This document shows, piece after piece, positions 1-9,686 of a DNA stretch of 64,000 nt; positions within the stretch are counted from its first letter, which is position 1; each line of letters starts with the position of its first letter. This DNA comes from Candidatus Nomurabacteria bacterium (lineage in GTDB: Bacteria > Patescibacteriota > Minisyncoccia > Phycocordibacterales > CALRBL01): contig CAWIDS010000001.1 of the NCBI GenBank assembly GCA_963834935.1, positions 236,499-300,498 of the forward strand, in the 5' to 3' direction. Both the position numbers and the translations under genes were made by a program. The notes under the pieces are model-generated. The model ran no database searches. It saw only the letters and a program-made list of their open reading frames with translations, and had not been told where the DNA came from.

Positions 1-666
1 GTAACTGCTGTCATAAAATTCATAGCTTGTGATCGGCTGGCCATCCGAGCCATAGACGGTTCCACCTACAATACCAGACCAAACCTGATTACCTGAAATG
101 ACAAACACTCCGCCGGATGGAACAGTGCTGTTATCAGCATCGTAGTAGGTAGTGTTGAAGGTGGCATTGCCATCGATGTCGCCACCGTTGTAACTACTGC
201 CGTTAAAGGTAGCATCGCCGGTGATTTCGCCACCGTTGTTGCCACTGTCGTTAAAGGTGGCATTGCCGCTGATGGTGCCACTGTTGTTGCCACTGTCGTT
301 AAAGGTGGCATTGCCGCTGATGGTGCCACGGCTGTAACTGCTGTCATAAAATTCATAGCTTGTGATCGGCTGGCCATCCGAGCCATAGACGGTTCCACCT
401 ACAATACCAGACCAAACCTGATTACCTGAAATGACAAACACTCCGCCGGATGGAACAGTGCTGTTATCAGTATCGTAGTAGGTAGTGTTGAAGGTGGCGT
501 TGCCATCGATGTTGCCACCGTTGTAACTACTGTCGTTAAAGGTGGCATTGCCGCTGATGGTACCCCTGTTGTAACTATTGCCATTAAAGGTAGCATCGCC
601 GGTGATGTTGCCACCGATGTGACTACTGTCGTTAAAGGTCGTCATGCCGACACCACCTGTGCCATT
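1..666. repeat. Two tandem copies of a 333-bp coding repeat (111 aa) inside the surface-protein gene
   Basis: The sequence at 1-140 recurs at 334-473 nearly identically: gtaactgctgtcataaaattcatagcttgtgatcggctggccatccg... Confidence 0.85.
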
Positions 667-1026
667 CCCCGTAGCAAGAATGTTTCCATCCATCACGATA
701 CTGCCAGAAATAATGAAGCTTGTTCCATTGGCATTGGTAGTGGTGGTGGTAGCAGTGATGTTTCCATTGATGATATAATGTGACAACGAAGAGGTGATCA
801 CTGCTCCTGAAGCTGCGGGAGTGATGACAAAGCAGGTGTGGCCTGAAGTTCCCACGTTTGCCGTCACGGTATAGGTTCCGACTGCTGAGATGGTTCCGCA
901 GGTGCTGATGTTTCCAGGAGAGAGGTCAGCGAAAGCGGCATTAGCAAAGAAGAAGGATAAACAAAAGAAGATTCCGAAAAGAATCAACTTGTGGCTCTTG
1001 GCTGCTTTAAGGAATTTGTTATTCAT
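1..1026 (-). CDS. Secreted repeat protein with a signal peptide and tandem Gly/Asn-rich repeats (GNATFNDS...). The C-terminus runs past the window start. This frame is not in the ORF track.
   Basis: The reverse complement from the ATG at 1026 reads MNNKFLKAAKSHKLILFGIFFCLSFFFANAAFADLSPGN... with no stop down to position 1. A 333-bp tandem repeat (1..333 and 334..~666) encodes ...GTISGNATFNDSGNNSG... The start overlaps the upstream stop as TAATG. Confidence 0.75.
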   Translation of the reverse strand, partial: MNNKFLKAAKSHKLILFGIFFCLSFFFANAAFADLSPGNISTCGTISAVGTYTVTANVGTSGHTCFVITPAASGAVITSSLSHYIINGNITATTTTTNANGTSFIISGSIVMDGNILATGNGTGGVGMTTFNDSSHIGGNITGDATFNGNSYNRGTISGNATFNDSSYNGGNIDGNATFNTTYYDTDNSTVPSGGVFVISGNQVWSGIVGGTVYGSDGQPITSYEFYDSSYSRGTISGNATFNDSGNNSGTISGNATFNDSGNNGGEITGDATFNGSSYNGGDIDGNATFNTTYYDADNSTVPSGGVFVISGNQVWSGIVGGTVYGSDGQPITSYEFYDSSY

Positions 1027-2141
1027 TACGGTGTGGAGCTGGCATTGTCAGGAGAGGTAGATGGATCATTCGAAGGGGTCGAGGTTGAATCAGCAGGCGG
1101 TGGAGTGATGAGATTAGACAGAAGATCGGTAATGACGGAAGTCACTGATGTGGTAGGAGTGGAGGTTGAGTCTGCAGTAGAGACAAGTGGGGTTGAAGAG
1201 CTTGTGGTCATTGACTGGTCGGTAGTGGTAGGAGTGGAGGTAGGAATGAGATTCGATAGCAGATCAATGATAGTCGAAGTTACCGGCGTGGTAGATGCCG
1301 AGGTGGAATCTGTTGGTTGGTCGACAACAGGAGAAACGGCAGAAAAGTAGATTATCCTCTTGCCTCGAAGATTGATGCCGTTTAGGGAGCCTTGGACGGT
1401 AATGTTGTCCCCTGCCTTTACGTCAGAAAGAGGGATGGTTATTGAATTGTCATCGCTTAACACTACTTCGGCTACATTGGTCAGATCGACATTGAAGGTG
1501 TTGATGCCTTGATACTGTGATCCATTAGAGTCATCGAGGGAGAGAGTGCTGCCTGAGACTGATGTGACGGTGCCGTATATGCCGATGTCATCGACGACGA
1601 GGGTTGCTGGAGCTTGAGGGATTGTTGAAGAGCTTGTGGTCGTTGACTGGTCGGTGGTGGTGTCGGTGGTGGAAGGAGTGGAAGAAGGAATGAGATCTGA
1701 CAGAAGGTCGGTGATGTCGGAAGTTATCGATGTGGTGGGAGTCGAGGTTGAGTCTGCTGAATCGAGCGCAGGGGCGATTGAAGTGGTAGAGCTTGTGGTC
1801 GTTGACTGGTCGGTGGTGGTGTCGGTGGTGGAAGGAGTGGAAGAAGGAATGAGATCTGACAGCAGATTAGTGATATCGGAAGTTACCGGCGTGGTGGATG
1901 CCGAGGTGAAATCCGTAGAAGAGCCTGTGATTATCGAATCATCGGTGATAGCAGGGGTGGAAGTAGAGGCAGAATCATCAGCATGAGAGACGCCGTAGAC
2001 GATGATCGAGACGATAGTGACGATGAGGCATACCTTAAGAAGCTCTTGAGCCCATGATGTCTTCTGAATGATTATCTTTTCGACTATTTGTATCTCAGGC
2101 TTGGGTCTTTCACGAAGATCGAGTAAATTTTTCAAACTCAT
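1026..2141 (-). CDS. Membrane-anchored Ser/Thr-rich repeat protein, probably a surface protein
   Basis: 371 aa. One N-terminal hydrophobic helix (LLKVCLIVTIVSIIVYGV). Long STP-rich tracts. An internal ~165-bp tandem repeat (~1626-1790 and ~1790-1955), with a related copy at ~1196-1290. Confidence 0.6.
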   Translation of the reverse strand: MSLKNLLDLRERPKPEIQIVEKIIIQKTSWAQELLKVCLIVTIVSIIVYGVSHADDSASTSTPAITDDSIITGSSTDFTSASTTPVTSDITNLLSDLIPSSTPSTTDTTTDQSTTTSSTTSIAPALDSADSTSTPTTSITSDITDLLSDLIPSSTPSTTDTTTDQSTTTSSSTIPQAPATLVVDDIGIYGTVTSVSGSTLSLDDSNGSQYQGINTFNVDLTNVAEVVLSDDNSITIPLSDVKAGDNITVQGSLNGINLRGKRIIYFSAVSPVVDQPTDSTSASTTPVTSTIIDLLSNLIPTSTPTTTDQSMTTSSSTPLVSTADSTSTPTTSVTSVITDLLSNLITPPPADSTSTPSNDPSTSPDNASSTP

Positions 2142-2202
2142 ATACCGAGTATTGTATCATAAAATAATATAATGCAATATATATATGGGGAAAAAGGTGA
2201 TT

Positions 2203-2277
2203 TGGGGCGACTAGAGAGAATCGGACTCTCGACACCAGATCCACAGACTGGGGTTTTACCACTAAACTATAGTCGCC
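2203..2277 (-). tRNA. tRNA-His: tRNA-His (anticodon GTG) with the encoded G-1 extra 5' base and an encoded CCA
   Basis: Reverse complement reads G|GCGACTA...TAGTCGC|C|CCA. The anticodon loop is CTGTGGA and the T-arm is GAGAG-TCCGATT-CTCTC. G-1 pairing with C73 is the tRNA-His hallmark. Confidence 0.75.
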
Positions 2278-2280
2278 ATG

Positions 2281-2895
2281 TTAAATAAGAGCTTTGTAAG
2301 CATTCATTCCTGCAACGGAACCGATGATCGGTCCGACAATATAGACGAATGAGAAGCCTCCTTTCAATACCGAGTTCAGAGACATCGCCACTGCCGGGTT
2401 CAAGACTCCGCCCGATCCGAGAAATGCGGCGAAGGATATTCCGAAGAGAAGAGACGCCCCGATGACAAAACCATTGGCCACTGACGGCGTCCTTTCGAAT
2501 ACTACTGATGCGATGCCGAAAGTAAAGAAGAAAGTTCCTATCGTCTCTGCCACCAGATCCTTGAAAGTGCCCACTGATGCCAATGCGACTGTCACATCCT
2601 GAAGGAGAATGAGGCGCACAAGAAGGACCGCAATGAGCGCTCCCCCGACTTGAGCCAGGATATAATAGAGCGCCCGGCGGCCTTTGATCTTGCCTATCGA
2701 CCAAACTCCGATGGTCACTGCCGGGTTGATATGGCATCCGGAAATGCCACCGATAGTGTAGACGAACAAACCGAGAGTGATTCCTGCGAGCAATGCCGTC
2801 GGCAATGGAAAGGGCGAGCCTGAAGTAATCGACAGAAGAACCATGAATGACAAGGTGAAGGTTCCGAGACATTCCGCAAAAAGTTGTTTTTTCAT
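2281..2895 (-). CDS. aqpZ: Aquaporin/MIP-family channel (AqpZ/GlpF-like)
   Basis: 204 aa. Two NPA motifs (HINPAVT and NPAVAM). Six predicted TM segments. Confidence 0.85.
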   Translation of the reverse strand: MKKQLFAECLGTFTLSFMVLLSITSGSPFPLPTALLAGITLGLFVYTIGGISGCHINPAVTIGVWSIGKIKGRRALYYILAQVGGALIAVLLVRLILLQDVTVALASVGTFKDLVAETIGTFFFTFGIASVVFERTPSVANGFVIGASLLFGISFAAFLGSGGVLNPAVAMSLNSVLKGGFSFVYIVGPIIGSVAGMNAYKALI

Positions 2896-2936
2896 AGATG
2901 TATTTTAGCAGAATTAGGATACTTAGAAAAGATTTG

Positions 2937-3020
2937 TGCGCAGGAGAGGACTTGAACCTCCACGCCCGTAAGGGCACACCCACCTCAAGGGTGCTTGGCT
3001 ACCAGTTACAACACCTGCGC
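2937..3020 (-). tRNA. tRNA-Leu: tRNA-Leu (anticodon GAG), type II with a long variable arm
   Basis: Reverse complement: GCGCAGG...CACCC-TTGAGGT-GGGTG...GGAGG-TTCAAGT-CCTCT-CCTGCGC-A. The acceptor stem is 7 bp and the variable arm is 14 nt. Confidence 0.75.
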
Positions 3021-3044
3021 ATTTCCTATCAAACTATACAGGGA

Positions 3045-3446
3045 TTACTCGGCGGCGACAACTGGAATATTCTGAGAGTTTCGCATCTGGCGGCTGATTT
3101 CCTTGGCTGCCTTTTCTCGGATGTAGTAGAGCTTGGCTCGGCGCACTTTCGCTCGGCGGACCACTTCGATCTTGTCGATCATAGGCGAGTACAAGGGAAA
3201 TATCCTCTCGACTCCGACACCCTGGGCTACTTTTCGGACGGTGAAGGTAGCTCCTGCTTCGCTTCCATGCTTTCGGGCAAGAACCAATCCTTCGAAGATC
3301 TGGGTTCGGGTCTTTCCTTTTTCCTGGATGATCTGGCCGACTTTGACGGTGTCACCCGCGCGGAGGTCTATCTTTGCGCGCGCTTCGGTATCAACTGCCT
3401 TGAGTTTTATTGGTTTTATATTCTTTTCGTCTGTTTTCTTTGCCAT
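3045..3446 (-). CDS. rplS: 50S ribosomal protein L19
   Basis: 133 aa. Motifs [51 protein letters not shown]. Confidence 0.9.
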   Translation of the reverse strand: MAKKTDEKNIKPIKLKAVDTEARAKIDLRAGDTVKVGQIIQEKGKTRTQIFEGLVLARKHGSEAGATFTVRKVAQGVGVERIFPLYSPMIDKIEVVRRAKVRRAKLYYIREKAAKEISRQMRNSQNIPVVAAE

Positions 3447-3476
3447 AAATGTATTTCGTAAGTGAATAGGACTTTA

Positions 3477-4190
3477 TCACATCAGCTTAGAAAGGGCAAA
3501 TTCGAAGTCAGGCGGGTATGGCGCCTCGACGTGGATCTCTTTTCCAGCAATATTCTCGAAAATAATCTCCCGGGCATGAAGGGCGAGCCGCTTGAAGCCA
3601 AGCAATGCCTCCCGCTTCGGGGCATAGAGCGCATCGGCTACGATAGGGTGGTTTATAGCCTTGAAATGGACGCGAATCTGGTGCGTCCGGCCGGTGAGAG
3701 GGTGGGCTTCAATAAATGAGGCTTCTTCAGTCCTTTTCAATACCTTATATATAGTCACTGCATCCCTTGCTTCACCTCTTCCGCCCCGCTGGGCCGACCA
3801 AAGCCTGAAATCCTTGCGAGATCGCGTAATCGGACGATTGATCTCGCCCTCATTCTCCTTCATCGAGCCATAAACGAAAGCATTGTAGGTTTTGCGGGTA
3901 TCTCTCCGCTGAAATTGCGATTTCAGAAAGACGAAGGCATTTTCGGTCTTAGCGATCAAGAGCACCCCTGAAGTGTCGCGATCGATGCGGTGAACGATGC
4001 CTGGACGGATTATCGTTCCGCCATTGGTAAGCTCGATCGGTTCGCCGACATCCTTGGCTTCCGGATATTTTTCCAAAATCCAATCCACCACCGTCGGCTC
4101 AGTCGTCCGCCCATCGCCATGTACCACAAGCCCCGCCGGCTTGTTGATGGCTACAATATCATTGTCTTCGTAGAGAATAGGCAGATCCAT
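3477..4190 (-). CDS. RluA-family pseudouridine synthase (RluC/RluD-like)
   Basis: 237 aa. Catalytic-Asp motif HRIDRDTSGVLL. Upstream VAINKPAGLVVH. Confidence 0.85.
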   Translation of the reverse strand: MDLPILYEDNDIVAINKPAGLVVHGDGRTTEPTVVDWILEKYPEAKDVGEPIELTNGGTIIRPGIVHRIDRDTSGVLLIAKTENAFVFLKSQFQRRDTRKTYNAFVYGSMKENEGEINRPITRSRKDFRLWSAQRGGRGEARDAVTIYKVLKRTEEASFIEAHPLTGRTHQIRVHFKAINHPIVADALYAPKREALLGFKRLALHAREIIFENIAGKEIHVEAPYPPDFEFALSKLM

Positions 4191-4254
4191 TGATGTACCT
4201 TAGCAGATTTGGGGAAATAAAAAAGAGACGGCTTCCATTGCTGAAAGCCGTCTG

Positions 4255-4833
4255 TTAGGGTCCTCTCGCCTTCTTCGTGATGATTCCGCTTTTTCTCGCT
4301 TCATTCATATCGAAGATGACATCGCGCCTGGTGTTGAAATACTCCATTACTTCCTTCCTCCTCATGTCTGTGCGCCGGACGATGAAGTCGCAAACCTCCT
4401 TGAAGGTCGTCATGGCGTCGCGCTGGGCGCGAGCGAACTCCATACCGATCTCGCTGATGATGAGACGCGGCGTGGAATAAGCGAAAGAGTGGATGCCGAA
4501 GCTGCTATCCTCCGTGCCTGTCCTTTCCTTCCCCGCAAGGAAGATGAAGGTCGCTGATGACTGGATGCGTCCTTTGGCATGAGTGGATATGCGAGGCTCG
4601 CTCTCAATCCACAAAGCAAGGTCCAGGGCCGGCTTTGCTTGGCCGCCTTCGCAATCGCCCATCTCGAGGATGATCTTGTGATACGAATCCTTCGAAAGCG
4701 CTTTCTGTAGCTTTCGGCGGGTGCTTTCGATCGTCGATTCGTTCAGCTCGTGTCCGACGACCCTTCCCTTGTGATCCTTGATGACCAGAGTTCTCATTGC
4801 CACCCTGACAGCGGCAGTCTTGCTGCTTTTCAT
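4255..4833 (-). CDS. ClpP/crotonase-fold serine peptidase-like protein (S14/S49-like)
   Basis: 192 aa. GRIQSSATFIFLAG resembles the ClpP GxxSxG-containing segment. No firm family assignment is possible without a search. Confidence 0.4.
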   Translation of the reverse strand: MKSSKTAAVRVAMRTLVIKDHKGRVVGHELNESTIESTRRKLQKALSKDSYHKIILEMGDCEGGQAKPALDLALWIESEPRISTHAKGRIQSSATFIFLAGKERTGTEDSSFGIHSFAYSTPRLIISEIGMEFARAQRDAMTTFKEVCDFIVRRTDMRRKEVMEYFNTRRDVIFDMNEARKSGIITKKARGP

Positions 4834-4963
4834 TCTTGCTACCCCCTTTCCTGGTTAGGTGTTCGTAATTGACTTGATATATATAAGGAACTCTGTTACT
4901 ATCAGACTAGACTTTATCACATTGTGTGGTTTAGTGCAAACAAAAGGAGATCCTACAAAACCG

Positions 4964-5188
4964 ATGAAAACAAGCAGTATGTCAAACCCGGACGAGACCA
5001 GAGGCCTCGACCCAGTCGCACGCGCCAAAGCAAGAACCCGAATGGGGAAAAGAATTCCCTACACTCGGGTCGCTCAAGACCCCAGGCTCAACATCGTGGC
5101 ATGCGCGAACAACGGCGAGCCAATCACCGTACAGGTGTTCCGGGAGATGAGTCCCGAAGAGAAACGGGACAACCCAAAGATGGACTGA
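4964..5188 (+). CDS. Small hypothetical basic protein
   Basis: The internal ATG at 4964 is preceded by aaggag. The longer track ORF (4859..) starts in AT-rich putative promoter sequence. Confidence 0.3.
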   Translation: MKTSSMSNPDETRGLDPVARAKARTRMGKRIPYTRVAQDPRLNIVACANNGEPITVQVFREMSPEEKRDNPKMD

Positions 5189-5254
5189 ACGACAGCCCCT
5201 TCATCGAAACCAGCGCCGACCCAAACACGTGACGGGTCGGCGCTTTCGTATCTG

Positions 5255-5327
5255 TGGGCGATGCAGGACTTGAACCTGCGACCTTCTCAGTGTAAATGAG
5301 TTGCTCTACCAACTGAGCTAATCGCCC
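5255..5327 (-). tRNA. tRNA-Val: tRNA-Val (anticodon TAC)
   Basis: Reverse complement: GGGCGAT-TA-GCTC-AGTTGGTA-GAGC-A-ACTCA-TTTACAC-TGAGA-AGGTC-GCAGG-TTCAAGT-CCTGC-ATCGCCC-A. Confidence 0.75.
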
Positions 5328-5364
5328 GTCAAAGCACTCTATCATATGAAAAGAAAACGGTAAA

Positions 5365-5814
5365 TTAACCTCTCTTTATATAAAACTTCTTCTGCAAATA
5401 ATTCTCTATCACCTCGAAGCTCGGGAAATAACGGGGCTGGGGCAAATCGTCCAGGCTGAACCATTTCCATTCGATGATCTCGTTAGGTTCCATGACCAAG
5501 GCTTCGCCCTGCCACTGATGCGTCACTAATCCGACCGTCATGAAGTGGGCATGCTCATTCATGCAATTGTGGACCGAAATGACTTCCGGATCGCTGATGG
5601 TGATTCCGGTTTCCTCTTTCACTTCCCTGATCGCGCCGTCCTCAATGCTCTCTCCCCATTCGAGCTTGCCGCCGGGAAGGCACCATTCGCCCGCGCTTCG
5701 GAATGCCGAGTCGGCCTTGTCGGGATCAGGATGCCTCATGCCAAGAAGTATCTTGCCGTCCTTCTCGAGAATCACTCCGAATCCCGCTCCTACTTTCTTC
5801 TTTTCTTCTGCCAT
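5365..5814 (-). CDS. NUDIX hydrolase
   Basis: 149 aa. Nudix box GGKLEWGESIEDGAIREVKEETGI. Confidence 0.85.
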   Translation of the reverse strand: MAEEKKKVGAGFGVILEKDGKILLGMRHPDPDKADSAFRSAGEWCLPGGKLEWGESIEDGAIREVKEETGITISDPEVISVHNCMNEHAHFMTVGLVTHQWQGEALVMEPNEIIEWKWFSLDDLPQPRYFPSFEVIENYLQKKFYIKRG

Positions 5815-5837
5815 TTTTTGATGTTATCTGTTAAATG

Positions 5838-7037
5838 CTAGTTCGTGAATGTCAGCGAACCGACGCTTTTCTGTATCGGCTGCGTCACCAGCTCATCATA
5901 ATTCTTCGAGAGATACTCGCATGCCGCATACGTAGGATCGCCTTGATAGACGCCGCAGCCGTTGGTGGTATGGATGACGTATTGGATAGTAATATAGAGG
6001 CCATTTCTTTCAGTTGTATAATCATCGGTAGTATAAAGCTGGCTCATGCCAGCATCTCCTCCGCTCGAAAGGCAGAATTGCGTGCCATTCAAAGTTATCT
6101 TCGAATCATTGGTTGCCGGTCCACCTCCATAATTCATCGATGAATGATAGCAGCCATTCGTTCCTATATCACTGCTTGTCGAGGTGACGAATACATCAGG
6201 CTTGCCGCTCGGGCCGAATATGAGATTGGCTCCTGATCCGTTGAGGCTTGTTGGATACTGGAATGAAAATCCGTTCTGGCTATCGGTATAGGTCTGCCAG
6301 GTTATGCTTTGGTTGCCGGATTGGCCGTCATAGGAAGCGATTTCGTTCTGAATCGTCTGAGCTTGTTCGTCGCTACTTACCGGCGTCGCCACCGCAGGAT
6401 CAAGGGCAAGTATAGTCTTATCGAGATAGGTGCTATCGACATCGTCAATATTGTTGACTACCAGGAAATTCTGAGCGCTTAACGGGATGATGTAGGCATA
6501 ATACGTATTGGCTTTGGTGCCGAACATATGCAAGCCTCCCATGGTATTGACCGAGATATCGGCTGTAGTTGTGGCTGCAGGATCATTCTGGACCGTCATC
6601 CATGTATGACTTGAAGGATTGAAAAAATAGGTCGGATTCGAAGCTGTGCCGAAATTGTCGGTGATAGTCATGGAGGGGGACTGCACTTCCTGGATCGAGA
6701 TCTCAGGCTTTGCATTTCCCGCAGCATCTTTCTCGCCCACCAAAAGGGTTGCAAGAACTTTCCCCACAGAAATATTTCCATCGGTATCCTGGCTTGGCGC
6801 CGCTTTTGTCACCTGCCAATCATTCGGATACGAGAACGAGAATCCGAAATCCTGATCGGCATAGGTGAGTGCGGATTGTGTCGAGGTGGCGGTCGAAGTG
6901 GCCACGCTAGTCGAATCCACTGTCGGAGCACTCACCTTCGCTACTTGCGCCTCATATATATAAGCGCCTCCAATGATGAGAAGTAGGATGATGATGCCCC
7001 ATAAGATGAAGACGGCGTAATCTTTTTTATTGTTCAT
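5838..7037 (-). CDS. Membrane-anchored or secreted hypothetical protein
   Basis: 399 aa. N-terminal TM helix (AVFILWGIIILLLIIGGAYIY) followed by a Thr/Ser-rich linker. No recognisable catalytic motif. Confidence 0.5.
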   Translation of the reverse strand: MNNKKDYAVFILWGIIILLLIIGGAYIYEAQVAKVSAPTVDSTSVATSTATSTQSALTYADQDFGFSFSYPNDWQVTKAAPSQDTDGNISVGKVLATLLVGEKDAAGNAKPEISIQEVQSPSMTITDNFGTASNPTYFFNPSSHTWMTVQNDPAATTTADISVNTMGGLHMFGTKANTYYAYIIPLSAQNFLVVNNIDDVDSTYLDKTILALDPAVATPVSSDEQAQTIQNEIASYDGQSGNQSITWQTYTDSQNGFSFQYPTSLNGSGANLIFGPSGKPDVFVTSTSSDIGTNGCYHSSMNYGGGPATNDSKITLNGTQFCLSSGGDAGMSQLYTTDDYTTERNGLYITIQYVIHTTNGCGVYQGDPTYAACEYLSKNYDELVTQPIQKSVGSLTFTN

Positions 7038-7279
7038 GAGGCTATTATACCACTAGTGTGTGCCGTTGCACGGTCTCGGATAAAGTAAGGTGAGTCTCTT
7101 ACGACCATTTCCTTTTAAGGGAGAACTTACAATCTATAGAAATAATAAAGTCTCTATTGTTAATCTTAATAAGGAAAAATTAACAGGTATTATTATTGAA
7201 GATGAAACAATTTACAATATGATGCGAGTGATATTCGAGCTTTCCTGGAAGGGTGCTAAAACTTTTTAATCAGATAAAA

Positions 7280-7768
7280 TTATATTTTTTTAATCATCGT
7301 AATATCAAGATCTTCATACCCTTTGGATTCGTAAAAAGAGTGTGAATCTGTGTTTGGGGAAAAAACTCCTACCAATGTTGTGTCACATCCTTTTGACTTG
7401 AAATAATCTTCCATAGTTTTCATAAGAAGTGATCCGACACCTTTTCCCCGAAATTCCGAATCAACATACAATTCCCTGATCCACGAAGGATTGGAAGGAA
7501 CTACTTGCAAGGTTCCACCTGGGGCCTGTGGTTGGATGGTGCCAGCAATGAAGCCAGCAATCCTTCCTTCAGCTTCTGCAAAAAATATCTTGCCATTCTT
7601 TTCGCTAATAGCTTTCAGAAGCTTCTTAGTGTAGCTATCTGCATATCCAGGAGATGTTACTTGACGCTTTAATGGATCGATTTCTACAATATGACTCTGT
7701 AGAGCTTCTATTGATTTAATCAATATTTCTTTGTCATTTTCAGTGTATTCTCTGATGCTAATTTTCAT
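7280..7768 (-). CDS. GNAT-family N-acetyltransferase
   Basis: 162 aa. Acetyl-CoA-binding motif ELYVDSEFRGKGVGSLLM. Confidence 0.8.
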   Translation of the reverse strand: MKISIREYTENDKEILIKSIEALQSHIVEIDPLKRQVTSPGYADSYTKKLLKAISEKNGKIFFAEAEGRIAGFIAGTIQPQAPGGTLQVVPSNPSWIRELYVDSEFRGKGVGSLLMKTMEDYFKSKGCDTTLVGVFSPNTDSHSFYESKGYEDLDITMIKKI

Positions 7769-7868
7769 AGTTAAATTATACCTTAGTTTAAACTGTTTTG
7801 AGCAGAACTTATGTAATGTAGTAGAATTGTCAACAATTGTAATATATCAAATGTGATAAAATATTCAG

Positions 7869-8180
7869 ATGAATCTCGAATCCCCCGACATCGAACCAAA
7901 GAGGCCTAATGTGCCTTTGCTGGAATGGTTTAAAGAGAAATATGGACCAAAGTCAGAAATTATAGTTCAAACTGAAGACATACAAGAAAGTAAGGAAAAA
8001 GGACTCTCTACTGAGAATGAAGTGCTTATCAAAGACACAGCACAAAAGGAGGCTATGCATGTGGAAAAAGAAAAATTCAGGCTTAATCGTATCGATGAAA
8101 TACATCAAGAGCTGATAATTTTATACTATCTCCCATCCCTCCAAGTTCTGAAAGCCAAGTCATGCGGTCGTGTTTTTTAA
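7869..8180 (+). CDS. Hypothetical protein
   Basis: 103-aa ORF in AT-rich sequence with no motifs. It may be non-coding. Confidence 0.25.
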   Translation: MNLESPDIEPKRPNVPLLEWFKEKYGPKSEIIVQTEDIQESKEKGLSTENEVLIKDTAQKEAMHVEKEKFRLNRIDEIHQELIILYYLPSLQVLKAKSCGRVF

Positions 8181-8228
8181 TGCTAAAAAACCAGCATTTG
8201 AGCCCTCTCGGTAGGTCTCACTAGCGTG

Positions 8229-8300
8229 TGCTCCCGGTTGGAATCGAACCAACAATAGCGGCTTAGAAGTCCGCGGTTATATCCATTTAACTACAGGAGC
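8229..8300 (-). tRNA. tRNA-Arg: tRNA-Arg (anticodon TCT)
   Basis: Reverse complement: GCTCCTG...GCGGA-CTTCTAA-GCCGC...GTTGG-TTCGATT-CCAAC-CGGGAGC-A. The anticodon loop CTTCTAA matches argU-type tRNAs. Confidence 0.7.
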
Positions 8301-8320
8301 ATTGCCCGACTATATCAACC

Positions 8321-8619
8321 CTATAGCGAGGGGTCAATGAGATTATTACGGGTGGAAGAAGCGAGGTCGCTCTGCCTTTGGCTGAAAAAAACTTCCATCT
8401 TGTCGACGTCGCTTGTCTTCTTGATACTGATTCCATTACTGAATGAATCCGCAGGCACGACTACATCCTGCTGATAGTAATAATAGAGCGAGATATTTCC
8501 TGCCATGACGATAGCAGAAAGAATAAGGAATGAACAGACCAGCAGCTGCCAGTCACGCTGGGGGTGTATTTCCTCATAGACGTTTCCTGCTTTGAATTTT
8601 ATCTTGAAATTGAGTTTCA
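8321..8619 (-). CDS. Small membrane protein downstream of pilO (possible pilus accessory). The track ORF extends to 8710 and overlaps pilO.
   Basis: One TM helix (LLVCSFLILSAIVMAG). The internal start MKLNFK sits just after the pilO stop. Confidence 0.35.
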
Positions 8620-8624
8620 TATGC

Positions 8625-9161
8625 TTATTGGGAAAAAGTAGGGACCATGACATCCAAATTTCCCATCCAGGAAGTTCCTTTATCGGTCTTCGAGGAAGTA
8701 AGGACGACATTGGAAATGGAGATCAGATAGGAAGAATCATCGAGATGTTGCAGCAAGGAAACCATGCCACTGAAGCTCCCGTTGGCCTCGATACCAAGAT
8801 GGAACGTATTGATCGGTCCGACACCGCTCTGTCCCGGAATGATCTCGAGCGATTGCATGGTGCATGAAAGCGAGATGCTTGAGCAGAGCGATTCTATCGA
8901 CGCGATGAAGTCCGCTTCTCCTCCGTTCTTGATGACATGCGAAAGTATCTCATCGCTCTTGGCGTCGAGCTGTTTAGCATTTATATCATTAATGACTAGG
9001 AGCGACGTGCTGTCCTGCAAGGTCATCTGGTTTTTTTGCAAGTCAATCTGATCCTGCCTCATCGTCCTAATGGAATAGAAGAAGAAAAGATAAGCGCCGA
9101 CACAAAGAAGAACGAAGGCTATCTCGGAGATTATGACGATTTGGAAGGTATTTTTTTTCAT
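8625..9161 (-). CDS. pilO: Type IV pilus assembly protein PilO-like
   Basis: 178 aa with an N-terminal TM helix, a coiled coil and a periplasmic domain. It lies immediately downstream of the PilN-like and PilM-like genes. Confidence 0.6.
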   Translation of the reverse strand: MKKNTFQIVIISEIAFVLLCVGAYLFFFYSIRTMRQDQIDLQKNQMTLQDSTSLLVINDINAKQLDAKSDEILSHVIKNGGEADFIASIESLCSSISLSCTMQSLEIIPGQSGVGPINTFHLGIEANGSFSGMVSLLQHLDDSSYLISISNVVLTSSKTDKGTSWMGNLDVMVPTFSQ

Positions 9162-9162
9162 A

Positions 9163-9681
9163 TCATTTCAATTCGAGCTGCAGGGTGAAATTATCGTCAG
9201 TGCTTTTGGCGATATCAGAGATGGGAAGGTCGGCACTCTTGAAGTAGGGATCCGTCTTGAATGAATTCCAGAAAGAGATGAGGTCTTCGCGCGTCTTGCT
9301 AGTGCCAATGACCCCCATAGCCTTGCCGCTCCACTGTATGTCGTCTATGGCTATGGCGCTCGTCTTCTTGTCGAGGACGCGGGAAATGGCATCGACCGCA
9401 GAGAGCGATGAGGTCGAAGTATGGCTATCAATATATGACAGGACCGCCTTCAAGTCATGTGATTTTGAAATGGCTTCGCTGCTGCTGGCGGAAAGGGCCG
9501 GCGCGTTCGCTTTCTTGGATACCTGACTTACGTTTCCCTTTTCATAGAAATACGAAGGCAGGAGGCTGACGATGGCTATGATGCCAAGAGCGCACAGAAA
9601 GGCCAGGCTCACCACAGCTAATCTCGTATGATATTCTTTCTTGATTTCCTTCTTTTCTTTTGGGGGTAAAAGAGTAAGCAT
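9163..9681 (-). CDS. pilN: Type IV pilus assembly protein PilN-like
   Basis: 172 aa, single TM. Sits in the pilM-pilN-pilO gene order. Confidence 0.6.
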   Translation of the reverse strand: MLTLLPPKEKKEIKKEYHTRLAVVSLAFLCALGIIAIVSLLPSYFYEKGNVSQVSKKANAPALSASSSEAISKSHDLKAVLSYIDSHTSTSSLSAVDAISRVLDKKTSAIAIDDIQWSGKAMGVIGTSKTREDLISFWNSFKTDPYFKSADLPISDIAKSTDDNFTLQLELK

Positions 9682-9686
9682 ATTGA

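Noticed and set aside
66-614. Track ORFs 66..398(-) and 399..614(-), translated as AMPPLTTV...
   Set aside because: They lie in the wrong frame inside the 333-bp coding repeat. The frame giving GTISGNATFNDS is open from the ATG at 1026 to the window edge and has a signal peptide.
991-1986. Plus-strand ORFs 991..1350 and 1636..1986
   Set aside because: Antisense to the Ser/Thr-rich repeat gene. Their repetitive low-complexity translation is an artefact.
1-2141. Tandem repeats as a possible CRISPR array
   Set aside because: The repeat units are 165-333 bp and contiguous without spacers, and they lie in-frame inside protein-coding genes. No short repeat-spacer array exists anywhere in the window.
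2267-3461. ORFs 2267..2983(-), 2898..3461(+), 3133..3465(+)
   Set aside because: Alternate-frame or antisense to the aquaporin gene, tRNA-Leu and rplS.
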